Shown here in pieces: positions 36,533 to 45,583 of a stretch of 64,000 nucleotides of DNA (its first letter is position 1; the number at the start of each line of letters is the position of its first letter). Under the pieces are notes generated by a model. That model ran no database searches. It was not told where the DNA came from and saw nothing but the letters and a program-made list of their open reading frames with translations. Source of the DNA: Acidobacteriota bacterium (GTDB lineage: Bacteria > Acidobacteriota > Vicinamibacteria > Marinacidobacterales > Marinacidobacteraceae); NCBI GenBank assembly GCA_022826825.1, contig JAJDUD010000027.1, forward strand, positions 1,050 to 65,049, in the 5' to 3' direction. The position numbers were made by a program, and so were the translations under genes.

Positions 36533-38488
36533 ATGCCCAGGCTCCCCAAATCCATCGCTCTCTCGGCCCTCCTGTCGACCGTCCTCGCCGCTCCCACCGC
36601 CGCCCAGAACGCACCCCAACCACTCCCCGTCGAGACGCTCCTGTCGCTCTCCTCCGCCGTGGGCGGCGAGACGCCGCGCTGGGCCCCCGACGGCGAGCGG
36701 ATCCTCCTCGGCGGCGCGAACCTGCGGCTCCTCCGCGCCGAGGGCGGCGCCATCAGCGAACTCCCGCTATCCACGGGAGGCAGCGGCCATTTCCTGGCGT
36801 CGGCCGAGCCGAAGTGGTCGCCCGACGGACGATGGATCTCCTACGTGTCCGACCGAAGCGGCACCCCGGAGATCTGGCTCTGGTCCATCGAGAAAGGCGA
36901 AGCGCTCCGCCTCACCGGGAACGGCGGACGGCTGATCAAGGGCACCTCCTGGTCGCCGGACGGGCGCCGGATCGCGTTCGCCGGCAATCGTCACGGGCAG
37001 TACGACGTGTGGACGGTGGAGGTCCCGTCCGGAGAGGCCCGCCGGCTGACCGACGGACCCGCACTGGAGGTCTATCCCGCCTGGAGCCCCGATTCCGCCT
37101 CCGTCCTGTTCGTCCGGCTCGACGGCGCATGGATGGACCACACCATCGTGGAAATCCCGGCCGGCGGCGGCGAAGAGCGGGTCATCGTGCGCGACGAGGA
37201 CTTCTTCGACTACGGCGAGGGGGGCACGTTCGGCTATCCCCTCATCTCCCCGGACGGCTCGACGGTGGTCTTCCCGTCCTACCGCTCCGGGTGGATCAAC
37301 TACTGGAGCGTGCCCCGCGCGGGAGGAGAACCCACGCGGCTGGCGGCGGCCGAGGCCGACCAGACGGAGGGCGCCTGGTCCCCGGACGGCGGCGGGTTCG
37401 CGTACGTCGAGAACCACGGGGGCACCTACCAGCTCAAAGTCGCGCCGGCGGACGGCGGGAAGCCGCGCGTCATCGCGGCGCCCGAATCCGGAATCGTCGG
37501 ATCCCCCCAGTGGTCTCCGGACGGCGGCCGCATCGCAACCACCCTCGAGACCCCGACCCGTCCCGGGGATCTGGTGGTCCACGACCTTGCCTCGGGGACG
37601 TCGGCCCGGCTGACCGACTCGGTGCCGATGGAGGGCATCGAAAGTCGCCTCGCCAAGCCCGGGAAGGTGGCGTTTTCGAGCGGGGACGGTCTGGAAATCC
37701 CCTCCTACCTCTACCGGCCCGGCGCCGGCTGGGGCGACGAGGACGGCCGCCATCCGGCGATCGTCTGGACCCACGGCGGACCCACGTCGCAGTGGGAGGA
37801 CAGCTTCGAGCCCGCGATCCAGTTCTTCGTGCAGCGCGGCTATGTGGTGCTGCTGCCCAACGTGCGCGGCAGCTCCGGGTACGGGCGCGCGTTCGAGGAG
37901 GCCAACGACGGCTGCTGGGGCAAGTGTGACTTCGCCGACGCGGTGGCGGCCGCCGAGTACCTCCGGACCCTCCCCTACGTCCACCCGCAGCGCATCGGGA
38001 CCACCGGCACCAGCTACGGCGGGTTCATGTCGTGCGCGGCGGTGAGCTTCGGCGGCGAGACCTTCGGAGCGGTGATCGCGGCGTCCGGCTACTGCGACCG
38101 CGTCACCTTCTTCGAGGACGGCGAGTTCCGCCACCTGCAGCAACTGCGGAAGGAGATGGGCCGGCTCGAGGAGCACCGGGACCGCTACCTCGCGAACTCC
38201 CCCTACTACCACCTCGCCGATGCGCAGGCGCCCGTCTTCGTCCTCCACGGCGAGGGCCGCTACCCGGGCTCGCCGCAGATGACCGAGTTCTTCCGGGAGC
38301 TCCAGCGCCTCTACAAACCCGCCCGCTACAAGGCCTATCCCGGCGAGAACTTCTACGTCCGGGGCTTCGACAACACGATGGAGATGCTCGCCGACATGAA
38401 GGCGTTCTTCGATTTCTATCTGCTGGGCCGGAACGTGAACCTGCCGGGGGTCGGATACCTGGAGGAACTCGAGGGCGTGTCGCACTGA
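36533..38488 (+). CDS. S9-family serine peptidase with an N-terminal beta-propeller, paralog of 23369..25348
   Basis: 651 aa from the ATG at 36533, with a GGGAGG ribosome-binding site (MPRLPKSIALSALLSTVLAAPTAAQ signal). It has WSPDG propeller repeats, a GTTGTSYGG serine motif and an HGG... motif. The upstream part of ORF 36182.. reads through the hairpin repeats and is rejected. Confidence 0.8.
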   Translation: MPRLPKSIALSALLSTVLAAPTAAQNAPQPLPVETLLSLSSAVGGETPRWAPDGERILLGGANLRLLRAEGGAISELPLSTGGSGHFLASAEPKWSPDGRWISYVSDRSGTPEIWLWSIEKGEALRLTGNGGRLIKGTSWSPDGRRIAFAGNRHGQYDVWTVEVPSGEARRLTDGPALEVYPAWSPDSASVLFVRLDGAWMDHTIVEIPAGGGEERVIVRDEDFFDYGEGGTFGYPLISPDGSTVVFPSYRSGWINYWSVPRAGGEPTRLAAAEADQTEGAWSPDGGGFAYVENHGGTYQLKVAPADGGKPRVIAAPESGIVGSPQWSPDGGRIATTLETPTRPGDLVVHDLASGTSARLTDSVPMEGIESRLAKPGKVAFSSGDGLEIPSYLYRPGAGWGDEDGRHPAIVWTHGGPTSQWEDSFEPAIQFFVQRGYVVLLPNVRGSSGYGRAFEEANDGCWGKCDFADAVAAAEYLRTLPYVHPQRIGTTGTSYGGFMSCAAVSFGGETFGAVIAASGYCDRVTFFEDGEFRHLQQLRKEMGRLEEHRDRYLANSPYYHLADAQAPVFVLHGEGRYPGSPQMTEFFRELQRLYKPARYKAYPGENFYVRGFDNTMEMLADMKAFFDFYLLGRNVNLPGVGYLEELEGVSH

Positions 38489-38695
38489 GTGCTGGGCCGC
38501 GGAGCGCGTACATCAGCCGTATGGCGCGTAGACTGGGAGCCCCCGCCGCGAAACGCTCATGATCGGGTCCTCCCGCACACCGCGCCCGTCACGAAAATCG
38601 CGGAAACTGCCTGGAACGCCTCAACCCCCTGCTCGCGGATTGATCTGAACTGCCATGGCTGCACGACGGGCACTGGTCCGCCGGAAGTCGCGTCC

Positions 38696-38911
38696 ATGAA
38701 CTACCGATACGAAGTCATCATCTACTGGAGCAGCGCGGACGGCGTGTTCGTGGCCGAGGTACCCGAACTGCCCGGCTGCATGGCTCACGGCGACTCGCAA
38801 GAGGCCGCCATCCGGAACGTCAAGGAAGCGATGGAGCTCTGGATTGATACCGCCACCGAATTCGGTGATCCCGTGCCGGAACCGAAGGGCGAACGCCTGA
38901 TGCTGGCCTGA
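38696..38911 (+). CDS. HicB-family antitoxin-like protein (UPF0150)
   Basis: 71 aa: MNYRYEVIIYWSSADGVFVAEVPELPGCMAHGDSQEAAIRNVKEAMELWIDTATEFGDPVPEPKG. This is the canonical HicB N-domain pattern. No convincing HicA ORF was found in 38489..38695. Confidence 0.6.
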   Translation: MNYRYEVIIYWSSADGVFVAEVPELPGCMAHGDSQEAAIRNVKEAMELWIDTATEFGDPVPEPKGERLMLA

Positions 38912-38918
38912 GGCGGCT

Positions 38919-39085
38919 CTGCGACCGCGTCACCTTCTTCGAGGACGGCGAGTTCCGCCACCTCCAGCAACTGCGGAAGGAGATGGGCCGGCGTGAGGAG
39001 CACCGGGACCGCTACCTCGCGAACTCCCCCTGCTACCACCTCCCCGACGCCCGGGGTCGGGTACCTCGAGGGCGTATCCCGCTGA
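38919..39085 (+). pseudogene. Degenerate duplicate of the 3' end of the S9 peptidase gene (≈38092..38224 fused to ≈38441..38488)
   Basis: It is ~95% identical over ~130 bp (ctgcgaccgcgtcaccttcttcgaggacggcgagttccgccacct...) and has an internal deletion. It lies directly after the HicB-like gene. Confidence 0.65.
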
Positions 39086-39207
39086 GAGGGAGCCCCGAGC
39101 GCACCGCGAGGCGCATCTACAATCCCTCCATCGCCCCCGAACCGGGGAAGTCAGGCCCGTAGGACGCGGCGCCACGGCGGCGCCCGGCCTTTCCCAGGAG
39201 ACTTCGC

Positions 39208-39957
39208 ATGAGATCCAAGATGGCGCTCGCGCTCTCCGCGGCGCTGGCGTGCGCGGCCATCGCCGGCGACGCTCCGGCGCAGACCGGGCCGCAACCGCCC
39301 CCGGACAAGGAGGCCATCCGGGAGATCGTCCGGGAGTATCTGCTCGAGCATCCGGAGGTGATCGAAGAGGCGATCCGCGCGCTCCAGGCGAAACGCCAGG
39401 CCGACCAGGCGGCGAGGACGCGGGACGCGCTGGTGAAGAACCGCGTGGCGCTGGTGGACCACCCGATGTCGCCTGTCTCCGGCAACCCGGAGGGCGACGT
39501 GACGCTCGTGGAGTTCTTCGACTACCAGTGCGGCTACTGCAAGCGCTCGCTCGAGCCGGTCATGGACCTGCTCGAAACCGACCCGGGACTGCGGGTCGTG
39601 TGGAAGGACTTTCCGGTGCTGGGGCAGGTCTCGACGTTCGCCGCGCTCGCGTCCATGGCGGCGCAGAAGCAGGGGAAGTACCTGGCGTTCCACAAGGCGC
39701 TCATGGGGGCGGCGGACCGCCTCAGCGAGGAGTCCGTGATCGAGATCGCGGGACAGGTCGGCCTCGACGTCGCGCGCCTCCAGCGGGACATGGCCGACCG
39801 CGAGATCATCGCCTATCTGCAAGACACCCAGCGTCTTGCCCGCGAGCTCGGGATCAACGGGACCCCGGCCTTCGTGATCGGGAACACGCTGGTGCCCGGC
39901 GCCGTCGACGGCGCCCGGCTCCGTCAGCTCATCGCCCAGGCTCGCACCGGCGGCTGA
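39208..39957 (+). CDS. DsbA-family periplasmic thiol:disulfide oxidoreductase
   Basis: 249 aa with a signal peptide. The thioredoxin active site is CGYC (FFDYQCGYCKR). The fold is DsbA-like (NGTPAFVIG). Confidence 0.75.
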   Translation: MRSKMALALSAALACAAIAGDAPAQTGPQPPPDKEAIREIVREYLLEHPEVIEEAIRALQAKRQADQAARTRDALVKNRVALVDHPMSPVSGNPEGDVTLVEFFDYQCGYCKRSLEPVMDLLETDPGLRVVWKDFPVLGQVSTFAALASMAAQKQGKYLAFHKALMGAADRLSEESVIEIAGQVGLDVARLQRDMADREIIAYLQDTQRLARELGINGTPAFVIGNTLVPGAVDGARLRQLIAQARTGG

Positions 39958-39963
39958 TGGGAA

Positions 39964-40004
39964 CGCCGGTCTCTGACCGGCATCGCCCGCGCAGCGGGCG
40001 AAAC
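39964..40004. repeat. Family-2 repeat arm (cgccggtctctgaccggcatcgcccgcgcagcgggcgaaac) between the convergent dsbA and TonB-dependent receptor genes
   Basis: It matches the arms of the 18240..18458 element and the arm at 42691. Confidence 0.6.
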
Positions 40005-40052
40005 CACACATCCGCCGACCGTCAATGAGGACGCCGCCCGCTGGAACGCCCC

Positions 40053-42668
40053 TCACCCCTCCCACGCATACCGCAACCGCGCGTACAGAAAGACCCCGTT
40101 GAAACCCCACGGCGTGTACTCGCTGTACCGCTCCCCCACGTCACCCGCGTTCGGACTCTCGTCGGAGAAGGTGTTGAACACGTTTTGCGCCCCCACCGCC
40201 AGCGTCGTCCGCCCCGAAACCGGCAGGCTGACCTCCAGGTCCGCCACCGGCTTCCCGGCGAAGAGGGTCTGGGCGCTGTCCCAGTCGAACCACGCCCCGT
40301 AGTAGGCCACGCGGGCGAGCACCTCCGCGAACCCGACGCGGCTCGTGACGCTGACGTTCCAGCGGTTCCGCGGCAGGGAGGACTCGAACTCCCGCACCCG
40401 GCGCTCGGCCTGGAGCATCTCCGGATTGAAGTCCGTCACGGTGGTCGTGGTGTGGTTCAGGACGGCGCTGAAGCGCGTGTCGCCTCCCAGCGCCCGCGGC
40501 GTCCAGGTCGAGACGATGTCCACGCCCTGGGTGCGGGTCGCGATGTCGTTCGTGAAGAAGCGGAAGCTCGCCAGCCCCCGCGCGGCCTCCACCCCCGCCG
40601 CGAGGAGCCCCTCCACCTCCTCCGGGTTCAGGGTGAAGTCGCTGGTGACCGCGAGCCGGTCTTCGAGGTCCACCCGGAAGAGGTCGGCCGTCAGGGTGAA
40701 GCGGCCGCGCTCGACCAATGCTCCGAGCGAGTAGTTCCTCGAGGTTTCCGGGGCGAGCGGCCCCCCGCCGCGGAGCATCGCGACCGGCGAGATGGAAGGG
40801 ATCGTCCCCCGCTCGGTCAGGTCCCGCAGAATCGGATCGAACTTCGTGGAGACGTTGAAGGAGTTCTGCTGCCCGGGCGTCGGCGCCCGGAACCCGGTGC
40901 CCGCGCTCGCGCGCAGCGAGAGTCCGCGGTTCAGCCGGTAGCGGCCCGACAGCTTGCCGTTGACCGTGTTCCCGAAGTCCTCGAAGCGCTCCGCGCGGAG
41001 GGCGGCGCCGAGGAGCCAGCGCCCGCGCCGGCCGCTCAGCTCGACGTCGCCGTACGCCGCGACGCTCCCGCGGCCCCAGCGTCCGGCGGCCAGCGGCCCG
41101 TAGCCGCTGAAGCCGTTGGACCCCGCCCCGAACCCCTGCGCCGCGTAGGGGCCGACCTGCCACGACTCCGGCTGGCCCTCGCGGATCTCGTACTGCTCGT
41201 GCCGCCATTCGGCCCCGACCGCCAGGTGGAGGCGGTCGCCGAGCGGCCGGGTGGCGTCCAGGTTCACGGCGATCTCCCGCTGCTGGTTGACCCCGAGGTC
41301 GAAGTCCGTGGGGGTCTCCGGCCCGAGCGAGGCGTTGACCGTGTCCTCGAGAAAGAAGCTCGCCTCGTGGCTTCCCAGACTGACGCTCGCGTCCCAGGTG
41401 ACGCCCCCGGCGGAGAGCCGGCGGAGACCCCAGACCACCGACAGGTCGGCGGAGCTGCCGCCGAACGTCGGGGTGAACCCGCCCGGGAAGCGCTCCTGGA
41501 ACGAGAAACAGTTGTCGTCGGCGAGCACCCGGGCGAGCGGGCCGGGATCCGGGACGTGGCCCACCACCCGCACCTCCGGGCAGCCGGCCGAACCCATGCC
41601 GTGCGCGGCGAGCACGTCGCCGACGAGCAGCGTGCGCCCGCCGTCGACGCTGAAGACGCCGCTCCGGCTGTTCGGGTTGCGGAAGAAGAAGCTGCCGCTC
41701 GCCGTCCGCGCCGCGTAGCCCGCGTGCCCGTAGAGCTGGAGGCCGCCCTGGAAGAGGTGGCCGAAGTTGCCGAACAGCTTCAGGTCGCCGTCCACGTCGG
41801 GCGAGCCCCACACCTGGGCCGGGTCCCGGACGTGGCCGTTCCCCGCCGCGATCAGCGCGGCCACGTCGCTCCGCTGGGTGCTCCGGTCGGTGGGAGCGGC
41901 GCCGCCGTATTCGAGGCTCAGGTTCGCAAAGCCCGCGTTCCCGAGCGGAAGCCCGACGTTCCCCGCGAAGTTCCAGGTCTCCCCGTCCCACGCCTCCCCG
42001 TGGATGCCGCTCAGGAACTCGACGGCCCCGCCCGAGCGGTCGTCCCGGAGCAGGAAGTTCATGACCCCGGCGATCGCGTCCGAGCCGTACTGCGCCGCCG
42101 CCCCGTCGCGGAGCACCTCGACGCGCCGGAGCGCGATGGCGGGGATGGCCGCGAGGTCCGGCCCCTGGGACCCGAAGGAGACCCCGTTCCCGCCGTTCCA
42201 GTCGATCACCGCGGACCGGTGGCGGCGCTTGCCGTTGATGAGGACCAGCGTGTGGTTCGGCGCCAGGTTGCGCAGCATCGCCGGCCGCACCAGGGTCGCC
42301 GCGTCGCTGATCGGCTGCATGTTCACGGCGAACGACGGGACCAAAGTGCGGAGCCGCTCGTAGATGGAGGGCGTTCCCTGGCTCAGGAGGTCCTCGGGCC
42401 GGATCGCGTCAATCGGCGCCGCCGATTCCAGGATCGAGCGCGGCGTGGCCCGTGTACCGACCACCACGACCTCCTCGGTGAACCGGGGCGGCCCCGGTTC
42501 GGGTTCGGGCTGCTCCGGCTGCTCTTGTTCAGGCGGGTCCGCCTGCTGCTGGAGCGGCCGGGGTGCTGGTCCCGCGGCGGCGGGCGTGACCGCAGCCAGG
42601 ATCATCAGCAGCGCGGCACACAAAGGCGCAAGATCGGGGATCACGCCACAGCCCCGTCCCACGCCCAT
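40053..42668 (-). CDS. TonB-dependent outer-membrane receptor
   Basis: ~871 aa from the minus-strand ATG at 42668, with a signal peptide. It has a Pro/Glu-rich linker, a plug domain (EEVVVVGTRA ... NHTLVLINGKR) and a large beta-barrel with the typical C-terminal region. The longer N-terminus in the ORF track reads through a family-2 repeat. Confidence 0.8.
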   Translation of the reverse strand: MGVGRGCGVIPDLAPLCAALLMILAAVTPAAAGPAPRPLQQQADPPEQEQPEQPEPEPGPPRFTEEVVVVGTRATPRSILESAAPIDAIRPEDLLSQGTPSIYERLRTLVPSFAVNMQPISDAATLVRPAMLRNLAPNHTLVLINGKRRHRSAVIDWNGGNGVSFGSQGPDLAAIPAIALRRVEVLRDGAAAQYGSDAIAGVMNFLLRDDRSGGAVEFLSGIHGEAWDGETWNFAGNVGLPLGNAGFANLSLEYGGAAPTDRSTQRSDVAALIAAGNGHVRDPAQVWGSPDVDGDLKLFGNFGHLFQGGLQLYGHAGYAARTASGSFFFRNPNSRSGVFSVDGGRTLLVGDVLAAHGMGSAGCPEVRVVGHVPDPGPLARVLADDNCFSFQERFPGGFTPTFGGSSADLSVVWGLRRLSAGGVTWDASVSLGSHEASFFLEDTVNASLGPETPTDFDLGVNQQREIAVNLDATRPLGDRLHLAVGAEWRHEQYEIREGQPESWQVGPYAAQGFGAGSNGFSGYGPLAAGRWGRGSVAAYGDVELSGRRGRWLLGAALRAERFEDFGNTVNGKLSGRYRLNRGLSLRASAGTGFRAPTPGQQNSFNVSTKFDPILRDLTERGTIPSISPVAMLRGGGPLAPETSRNYSLGALVERGRFTLTADLFRVDLEDRLAVTSDFTLNPEEVEGLLAAGVEAARGLASFRFFTNDIATRTQGVDIVSTWTPRALGGDTRFSAVLNHTTTTVTDFNPEMLQAERRVREFESSLPRNRWNVSVTSRVGFAEVLARVAYYGAWFDWDSAQTLFAGKPVADLEVSLPVSGRTTLAVGAQNVFNTFSDESPNAGDVGERYSEYTPWGFNGVFLYARLRYAWEG

Positions 42669-42690
42669 GCCCGAACACGATAGCGGAATC

Positions 42691-43026
42691 GGAGCGCCGG
42701 TCTTCAGACCGGCATCGCCCGCGCAGCGGGCGAAACTCCCGACGCCATTTCGCCGCATTGCACCGCCGCTCAAAGGAACGGCGAGGCGCCTGCACGGGCG
42801 TACGCTGCGTCGCCATCCCCGTTCCGGACCCCCGCGACGGGGCGCCATGGTGCCGCGAGTTTGCTGTGAGAATGCAGTCCCGCGGGTCGGCCAAGCGCCG
42901 TGAGAACGCCGCCGGCCGGCGTCCCAGTCGTTCCGCCGTTCTCATCACCGGCGGGGTGTGCGGCACATCCCGGTCATGCCCGTTTCACGCCGTTGGCCGC
43001 GATGCCGGTCCGATGACGGGCGCTCC
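42691..43026. mobile_element. Nested composite repeat: family-2 arms (42691.. and 42999..43026) enclosing a family-1 left-end fragment (42859..42960)
   Basis: The left arm reads ggagcgccggtcttcagaccggcatcgcc. The degenerate right arm reads gcgatgccggtccgatgacgggcgctcc. The internal segment gtttgctgtgagaatgcagtcccgcgggtcggcc matches the family-1 start. Confidence 0.5.
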
Positions 43027-43200
43027 CGATGGCCTCCATACGGACGGGTTGCACCGAGCCATCGCTGATGACGATGGCCTCCCCGGTCGTCCGGCATCGT
43101 CCCGCGCCGTGGACAGGGGTTGAGCAACGCCTGTGCGTGCATCGACTGGATTGACGAAATAGACGGAATAGACGATAATCTGCCTAACGAGGCCAACAGG

Positions 43201-43818
43201 ATGAAGAACACGGTCATCGAAGCAGGGGAAGATCCAATTGGGGCGCTGGAAGGTGTGGTGCATGCGGCCGCTCGCCATCTGAGCGCCCGCCACATCGCCG
43301 CACTGGCGCAACATCCGGAAGCCGTGAGATCCGCATTGGCGGCGGTAGCGGCCACCTTGGCGACCGAGGGAGCGCCGGTGCCCACTGGGGAGGTCGAGAC
43401 GATCAGGGGCGAGGCGCCCAATCTGATCAGCGCTGCGGAGGGGGCTCGACGTCTGGATGCCATCACCCAACCCGGACCGAGTGAAGACGTGCTGAGTTCC
43501 GACGAGCTTGCCGCCCGCATGGGCTTCAAGACCCGTCAGTCAGTCCACAACCAACGCATCAAGGGCAGGATCGTGGGCTGGCAGACCGTTCGGCGGGGTT
43601 TCGTCTTTCCGGCCGGGCAGCTCGACGAACGGGGCAGGCCTCCGGCGGGATTGGAGCGCGTCGTGCCGCATTTCGCCGACGGATACTCCGCGTGGATGTG
43701 GCTTCAATCGCCGCAACCGGCGCTGGATGGGGCCGCGCCACTCGATGTGTTGAGGCGGGGGCACGCGGAATCGGTCGCAGCCGCCGCGCGAGGAGAAACG
43801 CAAGGCGACTTCATGTGA
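43201..43818 (+). CDS. Xre/MbcA/ParS-family antitoxin (DUF2384 toxin-binding domain), partner of the RES toxin
   Basis: The C-terminal motif AWMWLQSPQPALDGAAPLDVLRRGHAESV matches the ParS/MbcA pattern (W...P.LGG..P.DLL). The start is uncertain and alternatives exist at 43120. The stop overlaps the toxin GTG as GTGA. Confidence 0.6.
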   Translation: MKNTVIEAGEDPIGALEGVVHAAARHLSARHIAALAQHPEAVRSALAAVAATLATEGAPVPTGEVETIRGEAPNLISAAEGARRLDAITQPGPSEDVLSSDELAARMGFKTRQSVHNQRIKGRIVGWQTVRRGFVFPAGQLDERGRPPAGLERVVPHFADGYSAWMWLQSPQPALDGAAPLDVLRRGHAESVAAAARGETQGDFM

Positions 43819-44408
43819 CCTCCGGGTACGACGCATCGGGCATTCGCGATTGTGTCCGTCCCTTCCAGTTTGAGCGGATGATTCGCCTGATTTCTCGGGT
43901 TCATCGGGAGAGTCCGCTGGGAGTTGTGCCGACGCCCAGTCGTTTCAGTGATCCCCGCGGGAGCTACGCGGTTCTCTATGCCGCGGCGTCCTTGCGCTGC
44001 GCGTTCTGGGAAACGATCGCGCGGGGCCGGTTCACGCGGCGCAAGCGTCGGGAAATGCGGCGTCAGGATATAGAGACCAAACTCGTCGTGTGGCTGTGTT
44101 CCACGGAGCCGCTCGCACTCGTGGATCTGCGCGCCGACGGTCCCGTCAGGATGGGTGCTCCGACCGCAGTAATTCATGATGCCCATCATGCGGCCGGCCG
44201 GGCGCTCTCGGCCGTGGTTTACGGCGACTTGCCGGACGTGGACGGCATTCTGTATCCCTCGCGCTTCACGACGGAGACGTGTGTGGCGGTATTCGACCGG
44301 GCGATCCACAAACTGCAAGCGACGGATGCCGCGCCCCTGATGGCCCTGTCAGCCCTCGGGGAAGTGCTGTCCGACTACGAGATCACCCTTACGAACCCAC
44401 CGGCTTGA
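43815..44408 (+). CDS. RES-domain toxin (ParT/MbcT-like NAD+-targeting toxin family)
   Basis: 197 aa from GTG. The RES signature is RFSDPRGSYAVLYAAASLRCAFWETIAR ... DGILYPSRF (Arg, Glu, Ser). It overlaps the antitoxin stop by 4 bp. Confidence 0.7.
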   Translation: MTSGYDASGIRDCVRPFQFERMIRLISRVHRESPLGVVPTPSRFSDPRGSYAVLYAAASLRCAFWETIARGRFTRRKRREMRRQDIETKLVVWLCSTEPLALVDLRADGPVRMGAPTAVIHDAHHAAGRALSAVVYGDLPDVDGILYPSRFTTETCVAVFDRAIHKLQATDAAPLMALSALGEVLSDYEITLTNPPA

Positions 44409-44611
44409 CCGGGTTCCACCACACGCGCAAGGCTGCTCAACCAGATTCCCGACCCCTCTGGGAGAGCCGGCCAATGTTCCGACCAACGTCACACGGACGG
44501 ACGGTCCGCCGTTTACGGAGTTGGCCGACCGGCAGAACCGGCGGAGAGGGCAGCCGCCACGCGTCTCGATCAGGAAGGGCGCGGTACTCCCCGGATCAGA
44601 CCGGCACTGCC

Positions 44612-45550
44612 TCACCGGCTGCGCGGCTCGCCCCGGAAGACCTCGCGCCGGTGCCAGGCCACGAAGGCGGCATCAGGCAGGTGCGCGGACTCCTGGGGAG
44701 CCCGGAGAGGCCGTCCGCGCGCGTCCACGAGCTGGTGGTAGGCATCGCTCACGCCTGTCAATTCGTTCGACACGAGCAGGACGAATCCTGCACTGCTCCC
44801 ACCTTCGAGCCCGATGGCGCCCCGATCGAGAGCGCGATGATGCAGCGTGCAAAGCGCCAGCCCGTTGGGCACCCGGTCCGGTCCGCCGGCGGCGTGCCAC
44901 TTGATGTGCGCGGCGTCGAGCCCGAGGAGATCGTCGTTGAGCCGGACGTCAAAGTCGCAGATGGCGCAACGGCGCTCGTAGGCGGTGAGGACGCGGCGGC
45001 GGAAATCGGGGTCCCGCCTCCGCGGCTTGACCGTCTTCTCGCCGTACAGTGTCATGGCCTCAAGCGCCATCGATTCTGGAAGTCCGACTGCATCCCGGAT
45101 GGAGGCATGCGAGGACTCCGGGAAGTTCTGGACCAGCAAGCGGGCTGCTGCGGTCTCGACGAGTTCCGCGTCGCCGCGCAGCAGGCGATCCAGATACGGC
45201 GGAAACCCGCCCCTTACACCCCGCTGTCGAAGCGGGGTCACGCGAAGGGTCCCTGCGGATGTTGTCGGAAGCGTTTCGACCCTTGGGATTTCCCAAAGGT
45301 CATCGCCGACTAATCGGCCAAACGGATCTTCCGGATGGAGGCTGCTTCTCCGTGGCCCGTAATGGACAAGCAGGTCTTTGAGTTTCGGTTCGATTTCGTC
45401 CGAGTAGCTGGCGAGGCGCGGTTTTCGTTGCGCGATCCGGCCGAGCGCGAGCAGCAAGAGTAGCGGCTTGTGCGGAGCCCGCCGCCCCCCGCGCTTCCAC
45501 ACCTTGAGGTTGTCTTTGTCGAGCGCTCGGAGGAACTCGTGCCCGGTCAT
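44612..45550 (-). CDS. HNH_2-type endonuclease with an N-terminal putative DNA-recognition domain, co-directional and apparently co-transcribed with dndA
   Basis: 312 aa. The HNH_2 motif is CAICDFDVRLNDDLLGLDAAHIKWHAAGGPDRVPNGLALCTLHHRALDRGAIGL. It starts 34 bp after the dndA stop on the same strand. Confidence 0.6.
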   Translation of the reverse strand: MTGHEFLRALDKDNLKVWKRGGRRAPHKPLLLLLALGRIAQRKPRLASYSDEIEPKLKDLLVHYGPRRSSLHPEDPFGRLVGDDLWEIPRVETLPTTSAGTLRVTPLRQRGVRGGFPPYLDRLLRGDAELVETAAARLLVQNFPESSHASIRDAVGLPESMALEAMTLYGEKTVKPRRRDPDFRRRVLTAYERRCAICDFDVRLNDDLLGLDAAHIKWHAAGGPDRVPNGLALCTLHHRALDRGAIGLEGGSSAGFVLLVSNELTGVSDAYHQLVDARGRPLRAPQESAHLPDAAFVAWHRREVFRGEPRSR

Positions 45551-45583
45551 CGGTTCTCCGTCCGGCTGGACGTGACACCGATG

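Noticed and set aside
38489-38695. Search for a HicA toxin partner upstream of the HicB-like gene (ORFs MIGSSRTPRPSRKSRKLPG..., MLGRGARTSAVW...)
   Set aside because: None of the three frames gives the HicA SH3/dsRBD-like pattern (GSHHxFxHPxKPGxVTVPHP). The orphan status is kept as a finding instead.
36767-42683. Antisense or alternative-frame ORFs 36767..38485, 36292..37929, 40185..42683 and 40141..41991
   Set aside because: They are antisense or off-frame to the S9 peptidase and the TonB-dependent receptor, and have low-complexity composition.
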